From positions 15,130,001 through 15,194,000 of the forward strand of contig NC_087250.1 of NCBI RefSeq assembly GCF_037042905.1: a DNA stretch of 64,000 nt, read 5' to 3'. Shown here piece by piece: positions 22,801 through 37,800 of this stretch (position 1 is the stretch's first letter; the number at the start of each line of letters is the position of its first letter). This DNA is from Lytechinus pictus (lineage: Eukaryota). The position numbers and the translations under genes were made by a program. The notes under the pieces were generated by a model. That model was given only the letters and a program-made list of their open reading frames with translations. It made no database searches and was not told where the DNA came from.

Positions 22801-25800
22801 TTCAAGATTTTTCAGTCTTTAAAAAATCTGGGTGCGTATCAACTGAATTACATTGCGTTTGTTCTTATAACTGGTGCAAACACTTCTTTCTATCAAAGTC
22901 GTTTGGCACACATAATTCATGTATATACAATTCGTTGACTGGTCATTTTGTTTGATCCAGTTCAAACCAATTTTGTGATGGTTAGCAATCTGCCCACTAC
23001 AGGCAACCACCGTCCCTAACACTGGTTTTTAGCAGTTGACGCTCCACATGAATTAAACAGAGCTATCCAATTGTAGGACTATAAGCCACAGCAAGATCTA
23101 ATCATATGTTGTCCATTCAAACGCACAGAGATTTTGTTTCATTACTTTTTTATTCCTTTTAAACACTGTATCTTGTAGCATATCATGATTGTTTTACAGT
23201 TAATAGCCACATCACCTGTGGCATTGATCCAGCTGCTTTAGGTATCAGAAGGCATACAACAAAGAGCTTAACCAACAAGGGCTGAGACTTTCAAAATTGT
23301 AAGCCTTTTTCATCACCTTTACCAAAATATAGAAATGACAAGATGCAGAATTATCAACAGAGGTAAGACCATTTGCTTCAGGATCAAGAATACTTACCTC
23401 TCTGTAGCTGCCTCTCTGAACTGTTGATCGGCCCATCTCCATACCCACACACCATCCACCTTCCAGACCCTGAACAACTTCCTCAGGTCAGCCTTGAGCC
23501 GATACCAGAGGGCGGGAGGCATGCGTCTTAGGGTCGGGGAGTGGTTCTTGGCAATGTCCGTCATAACGTGCTCATCACAGGAGAGGATGTCGTTGAGCTC
23601 GGTCCATGATAGGCCACTCCGTGCTGCAGTCAGATAGCCAAGGCAACGTCTGACCAGAGGTTCACCATGTTTCGTTTCAAGTGATATCAGGATACCTTTG
23701 GGGAAAGAATTGGAAAATGGGAAATAAAATGTACAGAAGTATTCTGTTAAAGCAATTGTGAAAAATATAATTTAAGTCATATAAAATCTGGGAGTTAATA
23801 AAAAAATTTGCTGACAAAATATTATTATCATATATTATATATTTTTTACCTTCAAATGAGTACCTCAAGGAACTCCTATAGGTCTACTTTTGTTTTTATC
23901 CCTATGTACATGTAGCAAGGTTATAGTCTGTCTGTAGAACTGCTGTGAACCACAAGCTCCTATCATCAGCAGCAGGGTCAAATTTCATAAAGACTTGTTA
24001 AAATAACAAATGCACAATTTCAAACACAAATTTACTATCAGTCAATCGGATGAAAGAATTTCAGGTTTTATGAAATGGGCCCCAGATCATCAGCATACCA
24101 TTCAACATCTTCTTTAGATCCGTTGCAAGGTACGTCTCCCTCTTCTCTGAGAAACTCCTCCATCTGACCGCCTGGTCACAGACCAACCTCAGATACAAGG
24201 GTGATGATATCTTCTCCAGTGCCTTCATGACAGTCTCATGCTGCTCCTGGGTGATCCGACGCCCTTCCTGCTTCAGGAGGTAGCTGACGATGTACTTTGA
24301 CTCTTCTTGAGTAAGGTCAGGAATCATGTAGAAGTCTGCATCGAGACATTGTTTCTGGAGGAAAAGTAAAGAAATTATATTTACAATCATGTCGATGACA
24401 TATGCCAAACTTAATAAATGAATAAATATTGAATTAAATTTTAACAAATTAACATATTGGAAAAGGGGTAATAACAATAACAGCTGAAGTTACCCTGGGT
24501 AAATACAAATTATTGTTATCATTATAATCCACAATTTCAATTCACTTTTGTCTACTTTTGGTGACAGCAGTGGGATGAAAACCTATGCAATCAAAATGAC
24601 GATAATTAAGTGAGGACATTTAAAGGATGGTTATCTTTTAACAAGGCAAAAGCAATTTGTGTCTCGCCCACTTATGAAAATGACCAGAAATATCGTGATT
24701 TGCGAGGGCACGCAAGAGAATTATATCGAAACTTCATTGTGAAATGACTGTGATGGAATAACACTTGTCATAAGAGCCTTGCACGTAAACTTTAATGTTG
24801 ACCTGAAAATGACCTTTGACCTTACCAGGTGACCTCTGACTGCAGCATAACATGCAGGTCGCCTAAGTACATCTACCATCCAAGTTTTGTTGAAAAGTAA
24901 CTTACGGTTGCGGAGTTAGGTGTCATAAGAGAGTCTTGCATGTAAACTTTAACATTGACCTGAAAATGACCTTTGACCTAACCATGTGACCTCCGACTGC
25001 AGCATAACATGCAGGTCCCCCAAGTCCATCTACCATCCAAGTTTGGATGAAATGCGACTTATGGTTGTGGAGTTAGGTGTCATAAGAGAGTCTTGCATGT
25101 AAACTTTAACGTTAAACCTGATATGACCTTTGACCTTACCATGTGACCTCCGACTGCAGCATAAGATGCAGGTCCCCCAAGTCCATCTACCATCCAAGTT
25201 TGGTTGGAAATCGACTTACGGTTGGGGAGTTATGTGTCATTAGGTTTGTGACGGACGGACGACGGACGACATTTGGATCCCTAAGTCTCGCCTTCACCTC
25301 CGGTGGGCGAGACAAAAATGTGATAATGGTACTCAGTTTATACCAATCAACATTCCAGGTATATGATTCATACACTTTCATACAATCTATCAGAACTCAA
25401 GTTGAGGCTCTCTTCCAACTACTGTCTGAAGGTGTTAGGTTGGATGGAATGGATTGAACAAATCCTCAACAAGAGCGGATTGATCTCATATTGAACAATT
25501 GAAGACATGTATCATTGTGTTTTATACAACCACTCTTTTAGATCCTATCATCAAATATGAACTACTGATGGTGGGATTCAGACATTTATGAATTTATATT
25601 TCTCAATTCAATTACCAAAAGAAAGGGAGTAAATCTCACATTTTAAGAGTAGATCTGTTATGTGATAATTGGCTCTAAATCAAGTCCTCTCATGAAATAG
25701 CTGTATATCATTCAAACCATGTTTATTTTCTTCTATTAAACGGAGAAGCAAAAAAAAAAAAATCTTAGCCAATTTTAAGTTCAGATGTAGTAACATCTCC

Positions 25801-28800
25801 TGAAATGTGTGTTACCTTCAGAGCTTTGAAGCTGTCCGTCTTCTCTTCCTCTAGAGTTGTACATGAGACGACTATCTTCACATTCTCTGGAAGGTTGCTA
25901 GGCAACCAGACCATGGACCTGGCCTTGTAGTCATTGCTCAATTTATCAGGTCCATCAATGAAGATGACGAGGGGTTGTTGAGTTGTTGCTATGGCAATAC
26001 GTCCCTCAAGGTCATTGATAAGCGCATAGAAATCCTGAATCACATGAAAGAAAAGGGAAAAGAAATCACTTAAAATGTACCTTGTCAAAAGTTTGAGAGG
26101 CATCCGGTGTGTTGGCTCAGTTGGTAGAGCGTCCGTCTCACAACCGGGAGGTTGGGGGTTCAAACCCTGGCCGCGTCAGACCAAAAGACGTTAAAAGATG
26201 GGAGTTGCTGCTACCCTGTTTGGCGTTCAACGATTAAAGGGATAGAGCCTCGTCGATCTGGCGCTGCACAGCGGCTGCCGGGCCCACGATCAATTGGGCA
26301 AAGCAAATTTTCGGAGTATTTCATTTCATGTCTATTTCGAACAATAAATTATGGATTTATCATTTATTTATCATTTTATTTTAGCACGGGATATCAACTA
26401 AAAGACATGGCAAAGACATTTGATAAGGTGACTTAAGCCAATAAGTATATATCAATGTGATTTTCTCCCTTATTGCTTGGCTTTGATTAGGTAATTAATT
26501 TTATTCTGTTGTACAAAATAACCCAGGAAACGGACGGGTTGGCCCTGTTGTAGCAGATAGTCCCTAAATATCCACAAAACTCTATTCTAGAGGTGACCAC
26601 TTCCATCAACAGAGCCCTGAAATCAACAGAAGAATTTACAGGAATGTATGTTCAACTATCATTTCTGTGCCCATGCTTTGTTATAAATGTAAAAGTCCAA
26701 TAAATATGTTTGTACTTTTCTATAATGTCTAACACTATCACTATACATTATCTCATTGTGTGATGTGCACCAAAAAGTAGCCCCAAACTAAATGAAATAT
26801 CCCTAAATGGATCAGTAAAAGTCCCATGACCAAAAAAACAGCCCTTCAAGATAAATAATTTATTCCGACGCTGGTTATAAACTTCATTCTGAGATCATTA
26901 TTACATTTTTGACATTAAAAAAAAGGAAACTGATTGGGTAAGGAATTGTCTTATGACAGAAAAGAAAATAGCCCTTTAAAAGAAATAATCAATTCACACC
27001 CCATTTTTAAATTTCATTCTGTGACATTTGTTATCTTTCAAAATGTAGGGCTACCATTAGTTTCCTTCACACATACCTCTGGGACGGCCGCAAGATCCAT
27101 ATTGTATGTGTGCCCGATCTGTTGGCATATTCCCTGTAGTAGACATCTGATGTTTTCTGATTCTGCTGTTAGGCCAACAAACCTCACTACTGTGGCTGCG
27201 TCTCTCCTGAAACCAAACATAATAATAATAATAATAATAATAACGCAGTTCTTGTATAGCGCATATCACATTATGTCATAACGTCCCTATGCGCTTCCAA
27301 AGGACTTGGATATTATTACCCTGGCTTTAGCCCCACAGCCTTATACAGCGCGGTGGCATTTCAAGGAATAAATTCCTGCCAGGTACCCATTCATCTCACC
27401 TGGGTTGAGTGCAGCACAACGTGGATGAATTCCTTGCTGAAGGAAATTACGCCATGGCTGGGATTCGAACCCACAACCCTCTGTTTCAAAGTAAGAAGAC
27501 TAATCCACTGGGCCACAACGCTCCACGCTCCATAATGTAATGGTTAATATTGAATATTACAAGAAAAATGCCATTGGTGATAACAATTTAAAATGAGTTC
27601 GTACAGAGATAAAAAAATCTCAAAAATTAGAAAATGCTTTAAAAAGGCAATATAAGGATGCAAAAAGTATCTCCATATCAGGAAGGAGTTAGGGTTGGGT
27701 TTATAAAAAGAAAACCACATTGTGGGCCCCCTTCGGTCTATCATGGAGATGTCAGTATAATTTAGAAAAACCCTTTGTATTTCGAAAACGGACCCACAAT
27801 CACTATGAATTCAATTTTACTGTATAAATATTGTATTTACATAATTAACTTTATAGAATATATAAGTAATTTCCAACGCATGGCCAGCCATGCATCCAGT
27901 AAATTAGCCATGCGTTTGGTAATTACTTATGCAGGGTTGTAAAAAACTTCATTTTTCGCCCCAAAATTCCACCAATGTATAAAACAAATAATACACAGAT
28001 TTCTTCATGAATTGGTAGGACAAGTGAGCATGCAGTAATGGTGGGAACTAGTCTAAGCCAACTCAGCTGAGCCTTGTGGGTTCCATAGTTACCTTATGGT
28101 CACAAAACCTACCCATGCACTCATATCTGTGCATCATTTGCATAATAAAAATTGATTGGAAACTTGTGAATATAACTGAAGTTTATTTACTCTTTAAACC
28201 AAGATTTGGTGAGCTGGCAAGCTTTGGCGATCAGTGATGTCTTTCCTCTCCCAGCGAGTCCACAGAGCACAAGAGGTTTATAATTGTCACCGAGGAGATA
28301 CTCTTTGATGTACTGGAGGGGTTCTTTCCTTCCATAGAAACATTGAGACCTAGGAATTTTCAGAGCATGATAATGATAATAATAATGATGATAATGATAA
28401 TATTAATAATAAAAATAACAATAATAATGATAATAATAATAATTACAATAATCCTAACAAAAAGTTAAGCTTTTGATGTTAACAAAAGAAAAACAAATCT
28501 CTGAGAGTTACACCTAAATTCTCAGCGATGTGACCCGATTTGACCTATATAGTTACACAGCCGGCAATTTCGAGGTAAATCTCTTGAGATTTCTTGTGCA
28601 GAGATCAAAAGCTTTTAGCCATTTTGTTATTTTCAACCAACACAGACAAACTTTCATGATCGTCTTAATATTAATGATCATGATGATGATCATAATGATT
28701 ATACAACGTTTTAACACTTTATCATCCCAGCCACAGAAAGATAAAGGCCTACATTGGTTTAAGAGCGTCATAATACCGTACAATCAATTATTTGTGCAAA

Positions 28801-31800
28801 TTACAAAAGCATGATAATACTAGCAACAAGAGTAATAACAATCATGGTGATGATGACAATAACAGTAACGATAATGATAAGCTTCAACTTCTACTATTAT
28901 ACTATTTCTACTACTACTGCTACTATTATTACTTCTTCTATTACCATTATCACTATATTACTACTAGAACTCCTACTATACTGCTACTATCACTACTACT
29001 ACCCCTACTACTCCTGCAACATGTACTACTACTAAAATTTATACTACTACTACTACTGCCACTACCACTACTTCTACTACCACCACTACTACTAGTACTA
29101 CTACTACTACTACTATTATTACTACTCCTACTACTAATGATACTACTACTACTACAACTACTACTACTTCTACTCCTACTACTACTGCTACTACTACTAC
29201 TACTACGATGTTAATAATAATGACAATAATGTAAAATCTGTGTCTGACAGACATGGCTACCATACAAGAACCCACTGTTATCATTATCATATCTATAAAT
29301 ACAAATATGCCTACCTTTCCTGTAAAAAGTTGATATGTTGGGCAACCTCCTCATATAGGCCATATGATGGAGTAGAAGTGAGCGACTTATCTTCTAACAT
29401 CGCCCTCTCAAGTTTGACTTTCACGGTATCGAAGAACTCATTAGCAAGTCCGTCTAGATACTGAGAGTGCGCCCTCACATGGGTAGGACTGACGCCATCT
29501 TTATGCCACATGATTGTGTGCTCATGAACATTACTGAAGCCAATCTAGAAGGAATATCACAAGACATTATCATTCAACAATGCAAATTGGCAACTTTTCA
29601 TAAAGATTCTGCTATTATCATTTATTTTGATATGTGTTAACATTATATCAATATGAAATGAATAAGAATTAGTGATCGTTGCCAATTTGTGGAACAAAAA
29701 AAGATTACTTTTGACCTTATCAAAGTTGTGAAACTCTTTTAAATAGTAAATAATAATAACTACATTTTTTGCCTGTCAAATTTAGGGACACCCCCCCCTT
29801 AAAAAATCCTGGATCCACTGCTGACATTTGTTATGTCCACATATCCACTTAAACTTTTCCAAGGAAGTTCAAGGCACTTAATAGTTCACAAAATAAAAAT
29901 AAAAAGCAGCAATATAGAAGAAAATATATACAATATATATCATACATGACTATAAATCTCAATACATTTCAAAGGAAATGAGTTAACCAGCAGTGGCAGA
30001 TCAGGATTTTAAAATAGAGGGGGCACAGACGACAATTCTTTTTCAGATTTAGCTATATAGGTATATTCAATGGGCAATCCTCAAATTATAGAGGGAGAGT
30101 GTGCATCTTGCTCCCTCGCCTGAGGCCACCAATGTCTAGGAGAGTAAATGATAATCTGAGACATGAGATATGTATTTGAGCTTCTTTGTAATGTCTGAAC
30201 AAAGTGTCATATAGAGATCATAGTGTGATCACATAGTGAAATATGTGAAAATATTATTAACACTTTTAAAATGTTCAAATGTAACGGTGTGAAAGAAAGT
30301 GTGCACTGTGGTTACCTCTATAGTGTGGATTTTCAGTGTGTTCACCTGGTCCACTAAGTGAATGTGTGAGTCACACTGTTGAAATACTCAAATGTAACGG
30401 TGTAAAGGTGATTTCACATTGTGTTCCACACTGTGAACACGCTGTGGAACACTGCTCTTTCCAGTAATGAGGGGATGGAATTTGATATATGAAAGGGAGG
30501 GATTTGCATAAGAGCATACCTTTGATGGAACTTTCACATCCCGGAGATCTTCGGCCCTCTCAAACTTCGGAAAGTCAATTTCCGGTTTCAGGTTCTGCAG
30601 GTCGATGAAATCTTTGGCGTTGTAGTCCTGGAGGTTTTTACGGAGGTCTTTGATATGTCGGACAAAGCTAGCCACTTTCTTGCTCTTTTCTGGCTCAGCC
30701 GAAAAGACGGCATGATCTAGCTCTCTTTCATTCACTGTGGAATAAAGGTAGAATCAAATTCCTGAGATGATAAAGTGAATTTTACTTTGTATAACACATT
30801 TATTGATTAATTAACTTTTCATGCAATAATTGTGCATACAAGATAATATAAATTAAAAAAAAATGTTCATGGTAAAATAATAACCCTCATAAAATTTCAT
30901 CTAACCATATAGACTAAGTGTTACATGTAGACCAACTTGATAAAAGACAACATGGTACCTGGAAATCAGACAATATGATAAATGAGATCAATTACAATAA
31001 GATCAGTAGAAGATCTGGTTTTAGGTGAATTTGAATTAGACCTTGTGGTATAAGACCAAACTGGAAGTAGACACATGCAAGGTGGTTCATGGACAACAAG
31101 TCTCGCCTGATTAAAATATGCAATATGACCTTTTGACCCCTAGATCACCTTTTATGTTATCATCGTCATGAACACACATGTGGTATTACCAACGGATCAC
31201 ATGTACCAAGTGTAATGATAATGGATGCAGAAATATCGGACCAACAGATGTGATCACTAGGTTTCTGTCAATCTTCGTTCAGGCAAGACAAAAAAATGGG
31301 TGCTGCCCAAGTGGGAATTTACCAAGAAATGTCATGTACCTGTTTGGAGATATGATTCCGCTCGCTTGGTGTCCTTTACAGCCATAGGAACATACTTTGT
31401 TAGGGTCTTGATGATTCTCTTATACATCACAATCCATTGGTTCTTGGCTCGCAGTCTTTTTTGCTTATCATTGCTGAGGATCTCTCGGAACTGAGAACTG
31501 CCGAGACAATAGAAATATATTTGTTGGATGGATAGAATAATTACGCCTAATACAGATTTGGAAGCAATTGTTAGACCATTCTGTATATGAGCTTAGGAGG
31601 AAAGTGTTCGCATAATTATTTCCACAAGCTGTATCATGCAAAAAGCCAAAAGCATTTTTCAGAACAGATATATCCAGCAACACAAATATCAAATTATAGA
31701 ACTGATACAATAAAACATATCATAATATAACAAAAGCCGACATTTTCAAAACTCCTATTTCTGCAAATTAAGGCAAAATGACTAGGCAAGTTTGATACAA

Positions 31801-34800
31801 GTAAACACACTTTAAAAAAGTGAGCATACAATACACAGGAAATGAAATTTAATTAACTTATACATAAATAATTTAAAAATAAAAATAAAACAGGTTTTCT
31901 TTCCATTCATCTTCCTCTCTCTCTCTCACACACACACACACTCCAATTCTCAGAAAAATATACATATATTTCCCAGTTAGAAGGTACACCGTAATTCCAC
32001 AGTTTCAGCACTGTCTGGCGATGACCTATGACCCCATCTCACCTGATTGGTTGCAAGACATATAGCGGAGGAACACTATTTTCATCTAACTTATACCAGG
32101 TCTTGAGGGCATTCAGGTCAGCATCAAACTCCTTTTCGACGGGTCCTTTGTCCAAATCATCCTGCCCTTCTCCTGGTAACCTCTCAACCTCACTAAAAGG
32201 AACACAAAAAACACCAATCAGTAACAATAAAACAATTCAGAAAAAACAGCATAGTACATATTTCTGCTTTCATGCAAGCATCTCATCGATAGTCTTATTT
32301 AAATTGTCTTATTTTTTTTCATCATATATTTCTCCTCCTTATCCTTCATGATCATCTTGTTCTTATTCTCCTCATTAGTATTATTTTCATATTTTCCTCC
32401 TACTTTGCCTTTGTCTTCTTCCTCCTCCTCCCCTTCCTCCTCTTATCCTTCTTATTTTACCAACAATTGTTATAGGCTAAAAAAATCTGAGCACAGTATT
32501 GGCAACGACACTCCATGAAATGTTTCCCATCCTCCCTCAGCTCAAGGTGCGAAAATGCAAAACCCCTATCAATAGGCAGGTGCAGGACAGCGTAGTGATG
32601 TCACAATACAATAATAAATTACATCTTGATTTATTTGTGGCAGCGGTGGGATATTGTCATTTTATCAAATTTAGATATACACGAACCTCATTTCATAATT
32701 CTATCCTGTAAAAAGCTACTGAAGTGTTGGAATTTGATTGGCTAAGAATGTATTTGCCATAGACTTATCGTGTTGGATATTGGTAACAAGTGTTATGAAA
32801 GAATGCCCTTTGATCATACAAAAGTAAAATATGCCATAAATGTGTCATTTCATGCCATTGAAATCGTGTTTGATTCTTATACACAATAAGTCATCATCAA
32901 ATAATATCTGCCCACAAAAATATTGTTTAACAATTTGAATATAGTGCAGAATTCAGACAGTATGTCAATACTTAAATTTTCAATGTGCACATTACATTAT
33001 GCTGTTCATATCCAGCGCAATATTCAATATTTTTTACCAACAAACATCTCTTTCAATTCATATGAACTTGACTTCAGAAAACATATTGTCTAAAATTCAA
33101 GACAGAAAGAAAACTGAAAAATCTACTTTGAGTTGGAGAAGATTGAGGTGAGAAAGGATGAACAAAAGAAATGCAAATTCAAGAGGGGAAAATACTAGAT
33201 TGAAATGGTAATGACATAAGCATACACATGAAACCAAGAACAAGCAACTTACCGCCAAACTGAATTCCGACTGTATGAAGCATGCAATGAATGTGTATAG
33301 TGAATGAAAGTTAGTATTAAGCATTAAGTGGTGATAACAAAATGCATGATTCACATGAAAATGAGCTTTTAAATAACTTTCACAGACGAAATTGGCATCC
33401 TATTTTAGAATGAATTATGAAAGATTTAAATGGGTCGAACTCTGAAAATAATTTGACTTCCGAATTATGATGAAATGTATTGATTAAGGAAAATATAATG
33501 ATTAAATATGTCATATCTCAATTTGTAATTTCATTCTTTATATTTTTGGGTTTCAATATTGGATTGATAATTTGGGTTGTATTTTTGTTTGGTTAATAAA
33601 TGCATCTTCCCTGGAAGTATTCTCATTATATTCCAAATCATCAGGATTGACAACCGTCTCACACTGAATACAAAAAATCAGTTGGAATTCCATTACACAA
33701 TCTTAATAAATCAGATTATTTTAATAAAAAATAAGCGAGAAAACAAAAAAATAATGATCATTCCCCTACATCTTAAATCAAATTAAAGAGACCAGTGAAA
33801 AATCAAATCAAACAAACAAAAATGAAACAAAAACAGGGCACTTCCAAGGCATTTTGCAAGTATTACAATGATGCACTACTTTTGAAAACTGACTAGAAGT
33901 TCTAGTAGATTTGACTGAGATCAAGATAAAAATAAGGTCCAAAGAATTGTCTCGAAACTTGTCTCATTGCGAATCCATATTTTGCACAAGCTCTAATGAC
34001 TGAATTGAAATATAGACTTCGAGGAGAATAAGATGATAGGCCTATTCGTAATACTTGGGAGAGAATGCCTTGGACATGCCCAAACTGTAAAAACTATGAT
34101 GTTAAACAGCAACAGGCAGTGTTGTCAGAGAACTTTGACCTCAGGAGTTACAAATACATTAAATTGGGTGGTATAGTTCATATATTACACCAAAATGGGT
34201 GGTATAGTTTGTATATTACACCAAATTGGGTGTATTATAGTCTACCTTTCTATGGAATGCTAGCTAGCTTTCATCCCCCTTCTTCGATATCAATGAAAAA
34301 CAAGATTAGTATGCACCAAATAAATTTATTTTACCCTATTATCATATTCTTCTCTTTTTAGAATAAACTAGAAATGTTTTCACTATCAGATTGAATGATT
34401 TAAATTTGTTAAATAAGATGGTTACTATAGCATTCCATAAAATGTTTGGTCGAAGTTAACCTAGAGTTAACTAAACCATTGCGATGAGAATACCACCAAT
34501 AGTGTCTCGGAAATAGAATAACACCAATGGCTGCTGAATTAATAACACCCATGGATTAAAACTGGTATATCAAAATGCTTCTTAAGGAATTCTGACAACA
34601 CTGACTGGTATAGTTTAACACCACTGATTTTGCAGTGTAAAAAGCTAGAAACAAACGTGCGTTACCGACGGTTTATCCCACCGAACACCCTCATGGAAAG
34701 CATCATGCGGTTCACACTAGACAACAAAGAACGCTTTGCTCTTCATGGAGGAGAGAAAAAGGTCACATGCAAAGTGATTAAGACGAAAGAGGGATATAGT

Positions 34801-37800
34801 TTGTCATGCTGAAAGGGTAATGAAAACATGCAGGTAATTTCCCTGCTGGAAAGGACAGTGTCCCAAGTGTTACTGACAGTGTGAACACAGCTTGATCACA
34901 GTGTTACCCACAGTGTGGAACACGATGTGTCCACAGTTTTGTTCATATACAGTGTGTTCAATGTGTTCACTCTCCACAGTGTGAACACACTGTGGTACCA
35001 CAATCAAACTGTTGAATTTGACAATTTTTAACAGTGAACACACTATGCTCATGTTGTCAAGGTGTCCAAAGTGTGAAATAATTTTCACATTATGAAATTT
35101 GAGCTCTTTCAAAAGTGTCATATCTTCACATAGTCCACTATGTGAACTTATCTTCACACTGTTAAATTTGTGCTTTGAACAGTGTAAAGCACACCTCATA
35201 TTCCACAGTGTACCAAAGTATGGAACACAGTGTGTTCACAGTGTGGAACTCAATGTAAAATCGCATTCACACAATTAAACTTGAGCATTTGCAGTAGTCT
35301 GAATCAAAGTTTCACAGTCAAACATGTGAAGGCACTGTGAACATTCACACCGTAGATGAATCCACAGTGTGAAAATGTCATTACATTGTTAAATTTGAGC
35401 ATTCGTATTAGTGTAAATCACATTTTCACATAGTCCAGTATGTGAACACATTGTGTGGCAATATATTCTTTGCATCAGGTTTTTACCAGCACGTTTCATT
35501 ACCCTCAATTCTATAATTGTGTGAATGTGATACCATCAACTTAAAAATAATATAGTGACAAGAGGACTGTTTGGTGAGAAATTGAATTAGATGAGACTAT
35601 TCAACACCAGATAAAGAATGATTCGAACAGCGACAGGTTTCATTTCTGTAATTTTCATCAATTGTAAATTATTTTAAAGCATCAATGTAGTGATACTATT
35701 AGATGGAAAATATAGTGACAAGAAGACTTTTTGGTGAGGATATGTCAAAGTGAATAAGATATGGATGATACCATCAGCAACAGGTTTCTTTAATTTTATT
35801 TTCTTAAACTCCGTAATTCTGTGACAATGTGAAAGTAATGAGCCCATTGGAAAATGTGGGAAGAAGAAGAACCCTTTGCAGTGAATCATTGAAGTTGATA
35901 AAATATGATATAACACAAAAGAATAATTGCATGCAGATATCCTGATTGAGAATTTATCCCGTGAAATTACTACATGCATTGTTGCATAACCATAGCAACA
36001 TGTGGATCCCATTTAATCTTTTGCTGCACTGTGCAAACCGACCCTTGAAAATAAATTGTGTGAATGGTGATCAGTGTCATTGATTGAAGGTTGAGGCTTG
36101 AAAAAATAAAAGTGTGTTTTCAGGCAATGAATTATTTTAACTCTAAAGAAGTTACATCATAAAACGGGTTCGTCTGATCAGCTTATATCTGCAGAAAAAT
36201 ACATAGGCACAATATTTATCAATATGATAACATGATAACTCTTGATAAGGAATACAGGCTTATATTCTATTGTAGGGCCTATAAAGGAAATAAAAGCCCA
36301 ACCAATGAAAAATCTTATGAATCTGGATTGTAATCACAGAGGTATACACTAAAAGCAATATGTTTAACACAATACATGAATAACTTAACATACATGTTAG
36401 CAACATGCAATGCAAGTATAAAAAGAAAAACAAATGATTATTTACAAAGTAAACTAGAAAACTGTCAAATATACTGCATTTCTTTTCTAAAAGCAATATT
36501 ATCAATCGCAATTTATTTGTTTTAGTTCAAGAAAAAAATTTGTTAAAAACCCTTCACCATCAAACAAAATATCATACTAGAAAGCATGAAGCATGCAAAC
36601 AATATGGAACAATAACATAGTAAGCATCACATAAACAAATTTTTTTTAATCACATTCAATCGTAGCATGGAAGGAAAAAATGTAAAATTTATTCTAAATG
36701 GGAAGGTCATGAAATGTGATGGTATTTGAATAGTAAATGATGGGCAATGTATTTTATGAGCTTTGATTTAAGTACTGTGTGCTTTGCTGCTGTTCAAGAT
36801 CTGGGACCCATAACATTAAGCTTAGCAATTGATCCCGGTCTGATTTCTACAATTGATCATACACAATAAGCAATGCAATCAATCGTAGAAATCAACCAAA
36901 TGATCAATTGCTATTAAAGCTTTATGTTACGGGCCCCTGATGTAAGTTTCTCCATTAAGACAGGGCCGTGTATCTTCAACCCAGAACCCCGTAACATAAA
37001 ACTTAGCAATTGATCCCGGTCTGATTTCTGCAATTGACCTTACACAATAATCATTGAAATCAATGATAGAAATCAACCAAATGATCAATTGCTAAGCTTT
37101 ATGTCACGGGCCCCTAATGAAAGTTTCTCCATTAAGACAGGGCCGTGTATCTTCAACCCTGGACCCCGTAACATAAAGCTAAGCAATTGATCCCGGTCTT
37201 ATTTCTGCAATTGATCACACACAATAATCAATGCAATCAATTGTAGAAATCAGCCAAATTATTGATTTCATAACTAAATGTCACAGGGCCCTATAATGCG
37301 ACAATGATGATAAATACGGCTTGGCGAAGAAAATATGTAAGTTACCTGGTACCATCTTTTTTGGATTCTACAGTAGGAGGGCCACTGTTCAGTTGTTCTT
37401 CAATACTGCATTGGGATAGTGAAAGGCCACATTATACAAAACATGGAAAAAGGATATTGGAAACACACATACTACACAGTTTAAAAAAAAAAAACGCTGT
37501 TTAACCTTTTTTATATGATGCTGTTTTATTGTATATGGACCCTACAGTAGTTGTTTAAACAGTGTATGTGTATAGAATATTAAACAACAAAGTTTAATTT
37601 TGAAAACTTAATTCTCAATAAATAAAGCATGGTTGTGAAACAACTTCTGTAAGGTTTTTATAGTAAACAGTGATGTATGACAATTTTAAACAGGGTTTTT
37701 ACTGTGTTGTAGTTCAGAGGTACATGTAGGCCCATAGCAAAAGAATTAAATATTTCCACCCGGAGTGAGCATCATAAAACCCCTTTGTTAAATTAAATAC

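Noticed and set aside
26102..26180. Possible tRNA gene
   Set aside because: A and B boxes are present but there is no proper acceptor stem, and the sequence runs into a SINE body and tail.
28792..29290. Poly-Leu and poly-Val ORFs
   Set aside because: Translation of the (CTA)n microsatellite.
33545..33663. Possible extra exon after a ttgtattcag acceptor
   Set aside because: No convincing donor found, and the coding-looking frame is phase 0 rather than the required phase 2.
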